Assembly (NCBI GenBank): GCA_044892525.1
Contig: CM097885.1
Span: 41,790,001-41,854,000 of the forward strand
Origin: Schmidtea polychroa
Taxonomy: Eukaryota
Direction of reading: 5' to 3'
Length of the DNA stretch: 64,000 nucleotides
In this document: piece by piece, positions 61,921 through 64,000 of the stretch
Layout: each line of letters starts with the position of its first letter
Position numbering within the stretch: position 1 is the stretch's first letter
Position numbers and translations under genes: made by a program
The notes under the pieces: generated by a model
Databases searched by the model: none
Seen by the model: only the letters and a program-made list of their open reading frames with translations
Told to the model about the DNA's origin: nothing

Positions 61921-64000
61921 CAGAGGTGGCCAACGCAAATGATCTTGCATGTCACTTTGGAAATGCACCATAACTCTGCGGGCCACATAAAATTATATAT
62001 CTCCATATTAGATTTAGATACACTATAGACATTTCTTGAGTGAAAAATTGAAATATAATGATTTATTATTATTGTATTAAATAAATAATATAATAATAAT
62101 AATACTAAACGTACATTGTAAAGAGATATAACACTAACAATTAAATATAAAAAATATAAATATAAAAGAAATCATTAAAAAATATTTATCATATTAGTGT
62201 GATATTTGTTTATCCACTTCTTCACATAGCTTTTGCAAATCCATATAAATTTTGGTATTTGCCCATAGTAATTTGTGTTGCAGGTTAGCGTCCGTTATGT
62301 TTAACCACTTGCCGGGCTATTTTTTTTTCATGTTTTCGGTCAAAAAAAAAACTATTTTTTTAAATCATTAATTAATAGTATATAATCAAAATATAACGTA
62401 AATATTTTTTTTAATTTTCCGAGTTTGTATTCACTAATTATTAATTATTGTTATTATATAAAAAAAATAAGAGCCACTGTGTAGATATCATCTCTTAGGA
62501 TATTAAATAAGAGTCCCATCATAAAATTAGTCAACTGTGAGGCTATAAATAATACAGTGGGTCATTCATTTTACAAAACATATGTTTCTCAGATTCCAGC
62601 GTTTCCTAAACTGTTTCCCAAACGTCTGCGGTCAGTATCTTACCAGTGAATGGTTTTCAAAGAGTTCTTGTTATTAGATGGTATGTGTGAATTATTTAGA
62701 GAAAAATACGTAAACTTTGTATACAAAGATATATTATTACAAATACATAAAAATAAAATGAAATTATAATATAAATTGAAAATTACTAAAACAAAATAGT
62801 ATGGATTGCTTTTTAACTGCGAAGTAATAATCAGGTCTGTGCTTCAGTCCATTTACAATATATAAACATCTGAAAAGAAAAAAAATCGATAGCACACAGA
62901 TTTCTTATTCAAAGGACAATATTTTTTCTATATGAGTTTGCGCTCACATGTGAGTGCTCGCCCGAAATGGTACACATTTTTTGCACTCATATTTGAGCGC
63001 ACGCCCGGCAAGTGTTTAAGCGTGTTTTGTGTTTGTCCAATTTCATTTTCGAAAAAAAACTATTCGCTGGTGTAAGTTGAACCAAAAGCCTTAATAGCCT
63101 TTTGTTCCAGATTTTTCGAATTAAAAAATTTCTCCTTTGTTACACAAGCGTTATAAAAATATATTTTTGATTCTGATGTTTCAAAAATTTGTTTTAATTC
63201 AATATTGCACTATAAGTCAATATGTTCCATTTGGAGATATTTTGGGGCCGACATGAAAGTGAAATGAATATATTTCAAAAATTTTGTTGTATTTGTCTAA
63301 CTCTAAATTACTGAATTGGCTTTCAAATGCAGTTGTAAGTTTTCCTATTTCTTTTGCATATTTCATGTAATTGTTACATTTTGATTTCTTAAAATCTTTC
63401 AACAATGGAAAGTGGAAAGCATTGTTACTTTTCAATTAGAATTCAAATAACAAAAATTTATTTTGAAATGCTTTGATGTGATTATATATGTATTTATTAT
63501 AAAGTTATCTTTTCCTTGCAATGATATATTTAATTGATTAAGTTTTTCGACAATATCCACTAAAAAGCATAAATTTAATAACCACTCATCTTTTCTTAAT
63601 TCTGGTTCAGGTCTTTCCTTGTCATTCATAAACCAGTCAATTTCTCATCGTAACTCATAAAACCGCTGTAAACATCTTCCACGACTTAACTATCTGACTT
63701 GACTGAGGTATACAAAAGCACCATATTCATAATCTAATTCTTTCAGGAACTTCTTAAATTCTCGGTGCGGAAGTGCATATGATCGAATGTAATTCACTGT
63801 TTTTGTAACTGCTTGCAAAATTATCCATCGATAATACTTGGGGACATAAATTTTGTTGATGAATCAAAAAGTGAATTATAATTAAATTTTCTCTTTTGGA
63901 TCGATTGCTAGTTTTGTTGTTGGATTTTATTTTATCATTATCATTAGATCAGATTAGTCAAATAGTTTTGTTCGAGTTGCCACTGCCGGCGAGTTAGGCA
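61921..64000 (-). mobile_element. degenerate hAT (GTF2IRD2-like) transposon running off the window end
   Basis: Terminus CAGAGGTGGCCAAC at 61921. Minus-strand fragments VNYIRSYALPHREFKKFL, LSRGRCLQRF, WLLNLCFLVDIVEKLNQLNISLQG, HFPLL, FGSTY. Confidence 0.85.
62305..63015. mobile_element. piggyBac-like non-autonomous element inserted in the hAT transposase
   Basis: TTAA-CCACTTGCCGGGC ... GCCCGGCAAGTGT-TTAA. Removing it rejoins the host coding sequence (..TRLN|ITDANL..). Confidence 0.8.

Overview
Very AT-rich eukaryotic (invertebrate-type) genomic DNA. The long (AAT)n/(TA)n tracts and 41-54 bp introns would fit a planarian flatworm, but the host cannot be established from this window. Two host genes can be rebuilt exon by exon: BOP1/Erb1 (minus strand, 5 exons, about 707 aa) and an SFT2-family trafficking protein (plus strand, 7 exons, 161 aa). 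There is also one intronless 139-aa ORF with a possible p25-alpha-like fold. Most of the rest is transposable-element sequence, heavily nested: hAT elements and MITEs with 8-bp TSDs, a pogo/Tigger element, a piggyBac-like MITE, a Penelope-like fragment with inverted hammerhead-like repeats, three related solo LTRs and three Ty3/Gypsy elements. The standout is a young Gypsy element (20564-28452). Its Pol ORF continues in frame past integrase into a signal-peptide-like segment, 2-3 fibronectin-type-III-like repeats, a Ser/Thr stalk, a transmembrane helix and a 20-aa tail with a PPxY motif and a C-terminal PDZ-binding motif. This looks like an adhesion-receptor-type surface protein rather than a classical fusogenic Env. 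Candidate sense and spliced-antisense accessory genes follow it. A second, very compact Gypsy family (36702-41271) has non-canonical TA...TA LTR ends, a Gag with four zinc knuckles and a conserved -1 frameshift site. All family assignments come from motif recognition by eye; no database searches were run.
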